DNA from: Promethearchaeota archaeon
Lineage (GTDB): Archaea > Asgardarchaeota > Lokiarchaeia > Sigyniarchaeales > Promethearchaeaceae
Length of the DNA: 32,000 nt
Assembly: GCA_016933055.1 (NCBI GenBank)
Contig: JAFGBS010000022.1
Location: 9,564 to 41,563, forward strand
Reading direction: 5' to 3'
The translations under genes and the position numbers were made by a program. The notes below the pieces were generated by a model, which saw only the letters and a program-made list of their open reading frames with translations, searched no databases and was not told where the DNA came from. Below, piece after piece: positions 9,589-18,482 of the stretch (its first letter is position 1; each line of letters starts with the position of its first letter).

Positions 9589-9624
9589 GTAAAATCTCTT
9601 TTAGTATTATTTAAAAAAAAAAAA

Positions 9625-10215
9625 TTATGCGGGAATTTCGCTTGGAATCTCAAAATTCAATGACACAGGAGTTAATGTTTTTTCAAGAACAACAGTATTT
9701 AATGGTTCTGGTAATGTCACCACAATGGAGATTGTAATATCTAAATGGAAAATCCCCGTCTCGCCATTCAATTCATCAGGACCTAAGAGAACCATAATAT
9801 CTTTTACTCCATCTCCTGCCAATTTGGTTGGTTCGAAGGTGAAAGATAATGAGGTACCACCAGGAGTCAATAAGTTAAATGTAATCTGTATTGACACAGG
9901 AACATCAATCTCACTATTTGCTTCTGAAGTTTTCAAGTTTCCTTGCATTTTACTTAATGCGTACTCATAAGCATTAATAGCTCGTTCATTAACTTGGGGC
10001 GGAGCATTCCATACTGCATCCCAACCATCAGGATTTGTACCCAGATCATCAGAAGAACTTGGTAAGCCCGCTGAGCTTATCATCAAACTCATATTAATTT
10101 CTGCACCATCTACGGTAAACCCATACATAAAAACTGGAATTAAGCCTACTAATGCCATACACGCGATGATTGCAGTCGATATTATTATAGCTTTTTTTGA
10201 AGTCATGATTTTCAT
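9625..10215 (-). CDS. Hypothetical N-terminally anchored membrane/exported protein
   Basis: Lys-rich N-terminus, hydrophobic helix, then a beta-rich domain; no family recognised. Confidence 0.75.
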   Translation of the reverse strand: MKIMTSKKAIIISTAIIACMALVGLIPVFMYGFTVDGAEINMSLMISSAGLPSSSDDLGTNPDGWDAVWNAPPQVNERAINAYEYALSKMQGNLKTSEANSEIDVPVSIQITFNLLTPGGTSLSFTFEPTKLAGDGVKDIMVLLGPDELNGETGIFHLDITISIVVTLPEPLNTVVLEKTLTPVSLNFEIPSEIPA

Positions 10216-10392
10216 CTTTTTTGTGTTTTTTGGACTAACACTAAATAATTTGAAGAAAATCTATTTATAATGAATTGAGGTATAATTTTTTCCCTAATTA
10301 CAACCTATCCCACAATCTTTGATAACGGAAACTCGTTCTCTTGCATTTAGTCAACGGTTTAGTAAAATAACGTTAACATTATAACTTAACAT

Positions 10393-11709
10393 TCACGTTA
10401 ATTTCACGTGAGCACGTGAAAGAATCTCTTGAGCCTTTTTTACATACTTTTTGATTTCTTCCTCTGAATGAAGTGGTGCATAAAAATGGAAATGAAAATG
10501 CATTTGGTTTCGGATTGTAAACACCGTGAGAACAAGAGCATTGAATGTACCTGAAACTCCTCCAAAAAAATTATGCAACTCATATTTTTGACTTTTTTCA
10601 CCTTCGTGGAACTGAGAGAACAAATCTAAATTTCCAAGATTAGTAACTACAAAAGGTTGATTTCTGCTACGTAATTCTACGAATAAAGGAGATAATTTTT
10701 GGATCAAATCTTTTGGAACTACCCTTGAAAACAATTTATAAATTTGGAATATCTGTTTACTTTCTAATCGATTATACAAATTTTTCTGAAATCTTTCTGC
10801 ATTTTTCCAGAAGCTAATGGAAAAATCATATTTTGTTTTGAATATTACACCACCTGCAAAAAGTCCCACATCCCCACCGATTTTCTGCTTTAATTTTCTC
10901 CTTAAATTAACAGGAGAATTAATTATAGGAAAATCCGGAAGAAATGCAGTGCAAATCGCACTATGCAGCTTTATATTGTGGCTTTTGCAATTTTTTAAGA
11001 ATAATTTCGTCTGATCTGTGTTAAAAACCCAAGAATAGGTACATAATTTCTGATTTTGATTGTTTTGAATGTCGATGACGGGTTTTTCCCGAGATGCAGA
11101 AAACAATTTAGAAAAGAATCTTCGGAACCCTACTATTATCTTTACACCAATATAGACACAGAAAAAACGAAAACGTGTTTTTGGTAATTTACTTTGAATG
11201 TGTAGGGGCAAAATCTCATCCAATTTCTTCATAAGAGGAAGAATTTTCGGATTACGATTCGGATTAGATAGAAAATGGAATAAGTCTAAAAATAGAAATA
11301 CCATTGACATTCCATCCCCGATCACATGCTGAAGAGTTAAAATTAGGTCTGTGAATTGGTCATCTTGAAGTAAAATCGCTCGGATTAAAGGTTTAGTGCA
11401 ATTTTCTCCCATTTCAAATTCTTTTGTAAATTCATTCTCAACTATTCTGTACAACTGAGTAGAACTTTCTCTGTTCATTATTTTTAACGGTATAGATTCA
11501 ATTTCTGGCCAAAACATGAAAGGTAGGTTCTGATTATCAGTATATATTTGTGAACGTAATGCGGGATGCTTGGTTTGAATTTTATCCAATGCTTTTCTCA
11601 GATCATCTGGAATTATTTTACCTTTTATAGAAATTGCCATCGAAATGTTAGACGGTTGTCCCAAAGTCCACATCATATATTCTAATTCATTTAGTTTCCT
11701 CGTGTGCAT
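10393..11709 (-). CDS. Condensation-domain acyltransferase (PapA5/alcohol acetyltransferase-like)
   Basis: QHVIGDGMS corresponds to the HxxxDG catalytic motif; KHPALRS, INSPVNLR and VVTNLG are typical of CoA-dependent acyltransferases. Confidence 0.85.
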   Translation of the reverse strand: MHTRKLNELEYMMWTLGQPSNISMAISIKGKIIPDDLRKALDKIQTKHPALRSQIYTDNQNLPFMFWPEIESIPLKIMNRESSTQLYRIVENEFTKEFEMGENCTKPLIRAILLQDDQFTDLILTLQHVIGDGMSMVFLFLDLFHFLSNPNRNPKILPLMKKLDEILPLHIQSKLPKTRFRFFCVYIGVKIIVGFRRFFSKLFSASREKPVIDIQNNQNQKLCTYSWVFNTDQTKLFLKNCKSHNIKLHSAICTAFLPDFPIINSPVNLRRKLKQKIGGDVGLFAGGVIFKTKYDFSISFWKNAERFQKNLYNRLESKQIFQIYKLFSRVVPKDLIQKLSPLFVELRSRNQPFVVTNLGNLDLFSQFHEGEKSQKYELHNFFGGVSGTFNALVLTVFTIRNQMHFHFHFYAPLHSEEEIKKYVKKAQEILSRAHVKLT

Positions 11710-11853
11710 TTCTACATTAGGTAAATTGCCTCCATTAATAAAAGTGTGGGGTAAAAAAATTAATGCAATCCGAATCTCTGGATATCTATACCACAGATGG
11801 CCTGAATCTTCCTTTCGGACGAATTTTTATCTGCATCTAATTTGATTTGAAAT

Positions 11854-12264
11854 TTATACCACAAAAATTAGAATCAAAAAAATAAAAAAGACGCAAATGC
11901 AACATCCGCAACCATTCTTATTTCTTGAGTTTGTAGTCTGTGATGGTGTTGGGGGAACAAATTCTATTTTCTTGCTCACTTCTACCCGTTTTTCCATTAT
12001 TGCTTGATGATTTGCACGGGGACCGACTTTAGAAAAACTACTTGCAGAATAATGTTCCTTAAAGTCTGACCAGATGAATTTCCATGCAGTATCGCACAAA
12101 TGAGTGATTTTATATTCTTTTCCACAAATTTCACAGATTTTTGAGGGTTGTTTTTTTAACAGAGCTCGGTAATCCTTGCTATTGACAAATCGTACAATAT
12201 TAGAATTTTCATTTTGTTTTGCAAGTTCCGCTTTTAATTCCGCAAGTTCTTCCTCAATTTCCAT
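11854..12264 (-). CDS. Hypothetical tail-anchored protein with a CxxC-HxC cluster and Cys-rich membrane tail
   Basis: EELAELKAELAK coiled-coil-like start; CEICG...HLC; C-terminal GCGCCICVFFIFLILIFVV. Confidence 0.7.
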   Translation of the reverse strand: MEIEEELAELKAELAKQNENSNIVRFVNSKDYRALLKKQPSKICEICGKEYKITHLCDTAWKFIWSDFKEHYSASSFSKVGPRANHQAIMEKRVEVSKKIEFVPPTPSQTTNSRNKNGCGCCICVFFIFLILIFVV

Positions 12265-12616
12265 GTTTATACCTAGTATTAAAGACGTTATTCGGATTTA
12301 TTTATTTTCTTTATCTTCATTTACGGAATTGATAAGTAGTTACACTGTTTGTAGAAATTCTGTTCGTTTTATTTGATAAATCTCCAATGCGATTTCATAT
12401 CACTTCTATTGGTTCCCGAATTAAGCCAGATACCGCACAAAGAGATGAACATATTAACAATTGAGATTTTTTCTAGATTTTTAAAGTCCAAATAATTAGA
12501 TTTCACTTTTTAATAAAGTTTGTTCATATTTTCTGTGGTTATTTCTGGTTGTTTTGTTTTATTTTCTCTTTTCTAATCAACATAAAGAAAATTAATTTAA
12601 ATAGTTAAAATCAGAA

Positions 12617-13336
12617 ATGGTCTTAGGAGGAATGAAGATTATGCAAAATGAAATCTCCAAGCATTTGGACAATGCGTTTCAAGAAGATACAGAGAGATTT
12701 GCAAAAATCTTGGATTCTTCTCTTAAAGTTCGGATTATGATTCTTCTAATCATCTATCCTGAATTATCTTTGACCCAATTAAGCAAGAAATTGAAAAAAG
12801 TAAAAAGTACAATTTCTAAACACATGAACGAGCTGATTAAATTAGGATTAGCAAAAGAACGGGAACAAGATGTGGGAGCTTCTCTAAAACAAAAATTATA
12901 CTCAAGCACAAGTAAATATGGATATTGGAGTAGGACAGATAAAGATCTGATTAATAAAAGTCCTACTGAAGTTTTAAGATACCTTAAAGAGGAATATAAC
13001 TTGAAATTGAGGTCTTTTTCCTTCATAAAAGAAATCACAGAACACGTATTATCCTATGTCAATGACTATTACTTGAATTTGAAAATTGAACACATTGATA
13101 ATAACTTCGTGAAGAATCTCCACAATTGTAGTAGATGTGTGCCCCGTTTGAACTTTTTTACGAAGGAAGATTATATACAATATCAAAAGGAATTTTTGAA
13201 GTTCGAAAAAGAATTTATCAAAAAGATCGAAACTAAATACCTTAATAATCCTCAGAATATTGCAAAGGAATATTTAGTTATTGATCAATTTCTTCCCATA
13301 CGTGAAATACTTGATCATGTGGTTAAAAAAAAGTGA
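12617..13336 (+). CDS. ArsR-like winged-helix transcriptional regulator with C-terminal extension
   Basis: KILDSSLKVRIMILLIIYPELSLTQLSKKLKKVKSTISKHMNELIKLGL is an ArsR/MarR-type wHTH. Confidence 0.85.
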   Translation: MVLGGMKIMQNEISKHLDNAFQEDTERFAKILDSSLKVRIMILLIIYPELSLTQLSKKLKKVKSTISKHMNELIKLGLAKEREQDVGASLKQKLYSSTSKYGYWSRTDKDLINKSPTEVLRYLKEEYNLKLRSFSFIKEITEHVLSYVNDYYLNLKIEHIDNNFVKNLHNCSRCVPRLNFFTKEDYIQYQKEFLKFEKEFIKKIETKYLNNPQNIAKEYLVIDQFLPIREILDHVVKKK

Positions 13337-13346
13337 CCTCGAACTG

Positions 13347-13366
13347 ATCCTTTGTGGATTTTTTTT
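13347..13366 (+). terminator. Possible terminator after the ArsR-like gene
   Basis: ATCC-TTTGT-GGAT hairpin running into a T tract, 10 bp after the stop codon. Confidence 0.4.
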
Positions 13367-13369
13367 AGT

Positions 13370-13651
13370 AAAAATTTATCCCGTGATACCCACGTTCGGG
13401 GAATAGGGGGTATATAGTTCTGTCAATTTGGTGTAAGCTCAGGTACATCATGCTACTACTATGTATTCGACATTTGGGGTAGTTACTCGTGCTATCTTCC
13501 CGCACCGAGGACCGACCTATTCTGCATCTGAACGGGTATTAAATGGGTTTAAATTCGTAAATTGATTCGATTTTACGAGTTTGACGTTGTTTTATGATAG
13601 TATCATGTTAAAGGGATCAAATTTTAAATGGATAGACCCGTATAGATGTTG
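13370..13651 (+). repeat. Structured non-coding element, copy 1 (282 bp)
   Basis: Direct-repeat homolog of 15031-15363. The 3' 155 bp (13497-13651) align without gaps at 138/155 identity; the 5' part aligns in blocks separated by indels. Confidence 0.95.
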
Positions 13652-13804
13652 ATTAGATGAAAAAAAATTAGTTAAGAAGATCCACTCTCATCTATCACAT
13701 TTAATTTTTTCAATACACCCTCTGTCTCTTTAAAGGGACTTCCAGTTTACTATCCCATATCTCAAATAAATTCAAAAAATAAGTAGAAAGGGAATTTTCA
13801 GCTT

Positions 13805-14992
13805 CTACGTCCTCAGTATCATTGCAATAGTTGCTTTACAGATTTTTGCTAAAATTTCATAATCCAGGTATTTAGCTTCATCGGATTTTGTATGATAACC
13901 ATCCCATCGTAAGTATGCTGTATCAGTTAGAAATAATGCTGGAATGTCATGCTTCCAAAATGGCGTGTGGTCTGAAAGTAGTGCTGCAGGAAATACTTTT
14001 GCAATCTTTGAGAATGACATTGGTAAAAGGAATCCAATATAAGGTAAATCGACTGATTCTTCTTTCCCAACTTTTAAAAAATCATTATACAATTTTTTTG
14101 TGTTTTTATCCCCAATAACACAAGTGAAATTTCCTGTATGATCCTTGAATTTTGTTTTGTGTGTTCTTAATAGGAATCGAGGAATAGGCGGAAAAGGCTG
14201 AGTATGTTTACTGTTTTTAATGATTCCAACTGTATCATAATTTATCACTGCTGAAAATTTTAATCCTAAATCCAAGGCTTTTTCGACCCATAGAGAACTA
14301 CCAATAAGGCAAGCTTCTCCGAAATGAGTTTCCGTTGAATATGGTTTATATAATTCGTAAATCCCTCTATAATAATCCAATTCCTCTTTACTCATGCTAT
14401 CTTTGAATTTTTTAATGAAATCTTGGAGACCTTCATGTAACGTTCTTCCTGTGTCGCGTGCATGAATCATCATTTGTACATACGTTCGATATTGCTCAAT
14501 ATATTTTACCTTTGTAAATTGAAAATCTTGATTGACAATGCTGTATTTTAAATCTAATTCTCGTAGTTTTTTCCAGAAAACGGGATGTCCCTCTTCCAAA
14601 GTGAAGAAATTCGCAATCACATGTGGTGGGTTAGGGAGCTGGATCAAAATTCGGATTACCTCTAAACAAATTGCAACAGCAGTCAAATTATCATTCGCTC
14701 CGGGACAAAACTCTACCGAATCATAGTGGGAACAAATGCAGAATGCAGGTTGAGATTCATCTCCAATATGTGCTTCGATGTTTTCAAAAGTCTCAGGAAC
14801 CCCATCTAAAATAAACCCATGCGTCACCACTCGGGCACCATATTTAGCAAGTTCATCTCTGATATACGACGCTGCTTCATTCAGTTTATCCATGGTGTCC
14901 AATGGAAATCTTGGACCTTCTAAAATTCTTATATGCTGATAAATTCGTTCCTTATCAATTTGATCAAGTAATTCGTGAAATTTCTCCGTCAT
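13805..14992 (-). CDS. M28-family zinc metallopeptidase
   Basis: SHYDS, PGANDN, TLEE, NYDTVG, LSDH and YHTKSD supply the complete M28 metal-ligand set. Confidence 0.9.
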   Translation of the reverse strand: MTEKFHELLDQIDKERIYQHIRILEGPRFPLDTMDKLNEAASYIRDELAKYGARVVTHGFILDGVPETFENIEAHIGDESQPAFCICSHYDSVEFCPGANDNLTAVAICLEVIRILIQLPNPPHVIANFFTLEEGHPVFWKKLRELDLKYSIVNQDFQFTKVKYIEQYRTYVQMMIHARDTGRTLHEGLQDFIKKFKDSMSKEELDYYRGIYELYKPYSTETHFGEACLIGSSLWVEKALDLGLKFSAVINYDTVGIIKNSKHTQPFPPIPRFLLRTHKTKFKDHTGNFTCVIGDKNTKKLYNDFLKVGKEESVDLPYIGFLLPMSFSKIAKVFPAALLSDHTPFWKHDIPALFLTDTAYLRWDGYHTKSDEAKYLDYEILAKICKATIAMILRT

Positions 14993-15030
14993 ACTTGAGA
15001 AATGATTTAACCAATATAAAAATCCCTAGG

Positions 15031-15363
15031 AAAAATTTATCTCGTGATATCCAAAAATATTACGTTCGGTGAATAGGGGATATATAGTAAGAAGTTCTGT
15101 CCATTTGGAGGGAGGTTTGATTCATATTATACATATATGTGCCTCATGCTACTACTACGCATTCGGCTTTTGACCTATCCGAGGTAGGTGTTTATTCCTA
15201 CGCCCACGTTCCCGCACCAAGGACCGACCTATTTTACATCTATACGGGCATTAAATAGGCTTAAATTCGTAAATTGATTCCAATTTATATATTTGATGGT
15301 GTTTTATGATAGTATCATGGTAAAGGGATCAAATTTTAAATGGATAGACCCGTATAGATGTTG
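15031..15363 (+). repeat. Structured non-coding element, copy 2 (333 bp)
   Basis: Homolog of 13370-13651; contains a perfect 13-bp inverted repeat ACATCTATACGGG (15236-15248) / CCCGTATAGATGT (15349-15361). Confidence 0.95.
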
Positions 15364-15476
15364 TTAAGATAAAAGATGGACCCCTTAATCTTATTGAGAT
15401 AAATTTTATGTATACTTATTAATGGTACTCCATGAGTAAATAAAAGAAAAAATAACTTAAATATGGGAAAAAAACT

Positions 15477-15866
15477 ATGTATTGTCCAAGTTGTGGTTCG
15501 GAAATTAGTGATAATGCACGATATTGTGAATATTGCGGAACTGAACAATCAATATCTAAGGAACAATCGGAATCCAGAACTTATTCATCCCGAAAAATTG
15601 AAATTAATGTGAATACTCCTCATTCCACAGATTACACCTATTATGAAGGAAGCACTGTCTCTCCAAAATCTCAATTAGTTTTGTTATTGTTATGGTTCTT
15701 TTTTGGAGTCTTTGGTGTACATTATTTTTATGCGGGACGAATCGGAATGGGTCTTTTATGGTTATTTACCGGGGGTCTATTTGGAATTGGATGGTGTATC
15801 GATCTAATCGTGATCCTATCTGGTAGTTTTCAGGATAGTTTTGGTAGACCGATTGTGATTTTCTAA
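15477..15866 (+). CDS. Zinc-ribbon + TM2-domain protein (paralog 2)
   Basis: CPSCG...CEYCG; PKSQLVLLLLWFFFGVFGVHYFYAGRIGMGLLWLFTGGLFGIGWCID TM2 motif. Confidence 0.9.
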   Translation: MYCPSCGSEISDNARYCEYCGTEQSISKEQSESRTYSSRKIEINVNTPHSTDYTYYEGSTVSPKSQLVLLLLWFFFGVFGVHYFYAGRIGMGLLWLFTGGLFGIGWCIDLIVILSGSFQDSFGRPIVIF

Positions 15867-16119
15867 ATTCTTACTTTCTTTTTGGAATATAATTCAACCC
15901 TATGAAGTATTCTGGCATCTAATTCCTCAATTTTTTTATCTGGCGAAATCTAGAGACCTTGTATAATAATTTATTATGAAAATGGATTTTCTGCATTGGA
16001 ACATTTACAAATAAACATTTACCTACAAATCAAACGTCATATTTATATTTCTGTTCTCGGTACCTTCCTTGAATAATTTAATTATTCACTACATTTTTAA
16101 CATTAAACGTGAACAAACA

Positions 16120-17301
16120 ATGAGAAAATATCTGAAATATCTAGTTCCTTTTAGCATATTCTTCATCTTAATTCCTTTCTGCTTTACCGGCATAGCGGTA
16201 GCAGATGGTACATACGGAGATCCAGAACAGAATTGGGGTATAGTAATTGGTGATGAAATATTTTATACACTTGGTTGGGACTTAGATCTAGATCTGTCCG
16301 AGGAAATCTGGGAAATGATTGATTCAACTTTACAATCACTGAACATATCTGAAGAGTTATCTGATGTACAAGGTCACTATAATAATCTCTCTAGTATTGA
16401 AAGTGTGTATAACGTCAAGATAGGAATCGAAAATATAACATCCTATTTCTATGAAGATACCTACTACAACAGTTCGTATGATTACATCGTAGGAAGTGTT
16501 GCATTCAAAGCTGCCAGTATGGATGAATATGGTCCCCTTAATGCGACCTTAATCTATGAAATCCAACAAAATCAGGAAATGATTGATTATTATCTGAGTA
16601 TTTTTGGTTCGAATATGACTGCAGATTTTTTGATAGGGAATTTATCTCTTTATGGTCCTGGTCTTGATGATATCGACTACTTTCAATCTTGGTATAATAG
16701 TTATAACGGTACGGAGTACAACAGCCCGGACAGTCCGCCTATATTTGTTCCAACAGATTGGGATATAACCGAATTTTACGAAGAACTCAAATCCAAGGTA
16801 AATTATACGGAATTGGCTATGTATGCAAATATCCACGCTTCTGATTGGAATGACCTCACAACACAATTAGGTTTTACCACCTTAACTGTAACAGCAAAAG
16901 AGGCCGATATTAAGTACCAATTCAGCAGCATGAATAAAACTATAGTAGACAAAAACATTTATGCGATGAATATAACCAATCCAGTGACTGAAACGCGAAT
17001 GGAGACTTTTGATGAGCTCTTAGGATTATTGAATATAACCAATCTGGATTTTGGAGTGAATGCTCATGTGGAATGGGATCGAAAGGGTATATTGAAAAAT
17101 GCACACATTGATTTTACCTTAGAAGGTCTTTATGATGGACATTCCTTTAAAATAACACCGGTGTTTGATATATCCATTGGTGAACACGATCGAATAAATA
17201 CTGGTTATGCAACTATTCCTGGATATTCTCCTTATTTAATTGTCCTTGTCGGTATTGCAGCAGTATCTGGAATTCTTTTAAGTATTAAGAAGAAGAAATA
17301 A
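16120..17301 (+). CDS. Acidic cell-surface protein with Loki-CTERM-like sorting signal
   Basis: Signal peptide MRKYLKYLVPFSIFFILIPFCFTGIAVA (start moved to ATG 16120); many N-x-S/T sequons; C-terminal IPGYSPYLIVLVGIAAVSGILLSIKKKK. Confidence 0.85.
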   Translation: MRKYLKYLVPFSIFFILIPFCFTGIAVADGTYGDPEQNWGIVIGDEIFYTLGWDLDLDLSEEIWEMIDSTLQSLNISEELSDVQGHYNNLSSIESVYNVKIGIENITSYFYEDTYYNSSYDYIVGSVAFKAASMDEYGPLNATLIYEIQQNQEMIDYYLSIFGSNMTADFLIGNLSLYGPGLDDIDYFQSWYNSYNGTEYNSPDSPPIFVPTDWDITEFYEELKSKVNYTELAMYANIHASDWNDLTTQLGFTTLTVTAKEADIKYQFSSMNKTIVDKNIYAMNITNPVTETRMETFDELLGLLNITNLDFGVNAHVEWDRKGILKNAHIDFTLEGLYDGHSFKITPVFDISIGEHDRINTGYATIPGYSPYLIVLVGIAAVSGILLSIKKKK

Positions 17302-17430
17302 TAAAATTCAATTCACCTTTCATTTTTTTTCTATTTCCAACAACCCTTATTGGGTAGAAACTTGGTCTAATCTAGAAAACCATTGCAGTTGCTCCATATT
17401 TTTAAATGAAGTCGGTCCTATCTAATTCTG

Positions 17431-18429
17431 ATGAGATCTTATAGATTCGATATATTGCAACAATTACGTACCTCAAAGGAACCATCCATTCGGTACCAAA
17501 TCCTTAGGTTTATTGACGGTAAAGATCCACACCGTAGTGAAATGCAATTCGTACAAGATGAAATTAAAAGATCCGATAGGATTCAAAAACTCCTTGCGGA
17601 TGTGGACATAGTACATCCTTATTCTAAATGGCAAGGAGCACATTGGGTTTTAAGTTTACTTGCAGAACTTCATTATCCCAAGGGTGATGAAGATCTGTTT
17701 TCATTACGTAATGAGGTCTATAAGTGGTTGTTTTCTGAAAAGCATCTTAAAAGTATCAAAACGATCGAAGGTAAGGTACGCAGATGTGCATCCCAGGAGG
17801 GCAATGCCATCTATTATTCACAAGTTTTGGGATTAATGGATGAACGTACAGATGAGTTAATAGATCGATTGCTAGCTTTTCAATGGGGGGATGGAGGATG
17901 GAATTGTGATAAGAATCCCAAAGCATACAATTCTTCTTACCATGAGAGTTTGATTCCGTTTCGAGCTCTTATACGTTATTTGCACGATAAGCAATCCCAA
18001 ATATCAACATCTCGCAAAACTACAATTGAAAATGCAATATATAATGCAAAAGAGGTCTTCTTAAAGCGTGAATTATATTTATCCTTAGATAGAGGTACTA
18101 TAATCAACCCAAATTTCATTTTATTGCATTTTCCGTATTACTGGCGATACAATATCATGTTTGCATTAAAAGTGATGCATGAAGGAGGATTTATATCCGA
18201 TCCTCGATGCGATAAAGCACTTGATTTACTTGAGTTAAAAGAACTACCATCGGGCGGATTTCCCGCGGAAAAACGCTATTATTACAGCAGAACTGCGAAA
18301 AGTGGGCGTACAGCAGTCAATTGGGGGGGTGTAAATAAATATAAAATGAATGAATGGGTAAGCTCCGAAGCATATTACATATTATCTGGTTGTGGTCGAT
18401 TAAATAAACAAGAAAAGGCAAAAGACTAA
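17431..18429 (+). CDS. Prenyltransferase/squalene-oxidase-repeat-like (alpha/alpha barrel) protein
   Basis: QW-like motifs FQWGDGGWNC and KELPSGGFP; YSKWQGAHWVLSLLAEL and HFPYYWRYNI are typical of this uncharacterised family. Confidence 0.65.
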   Translation: MRSYRFDILQQLRTSKEPSIRYQILRFIDGKDPHRSEMQFVQDEIKRSDRIQKLLADVDIVHPYSKWQGAHWVLSLLAELHYPKGDEDLFSLRNEVYKWLFSEKHLKSIKTIEGKVRRCASQEGNAIYYSQVLGLMDERTDELIDRLLAFQWGDGGWNCDKNPKAYNSSYHESLIPFRALIRYLHDKQSQISTSRKTTIENAIYNAKEVFLKRELYLSLDRGTIINPNFILLHFPYYWRYNIMFALKVMHEGGFISDPRCDKALDLLELKELPSGGFPAEKRYYYSRTAKSGRTAVNWGGVNKYKMNEWVSSEAYYILSGCGRLNKQEKAKD

Positions 18430-18482
18430 TTTGTCACGGAGTCTTATTTTGTGGAGATGTATTCGGATGGATGAAGGAGTGG

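Noticed and set aside
13497-13520. GTGCG on the minus strand as a group II intron 5' end
   Set aside because: No domain V/VI-like sequence or RT ORF, and only about 130 bp of conserved sequence follow.
13334-13651. Element copy 1 as a SECIS for the TGA ending the ArsR-like gene
   Set aside because: The ATGA...GA segment does not form the SECIS helix II, readthrough adds only about 22 unremarkable residues, and copy 2 has no upstream plus-strand gene.
15236-15361. 126-bp segment with 13-bp inverted ends as a stand-alone MITE
   Set aside because: Its flanks are homologous in both copies and show no target duplication, so it is part of the larger element.
17409-17419. GTCGGTCCT matching the reverse complement of the element's conserved core
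   Set aside because: Only 9-10 bp match with no flanking similarity; compatible with chance.
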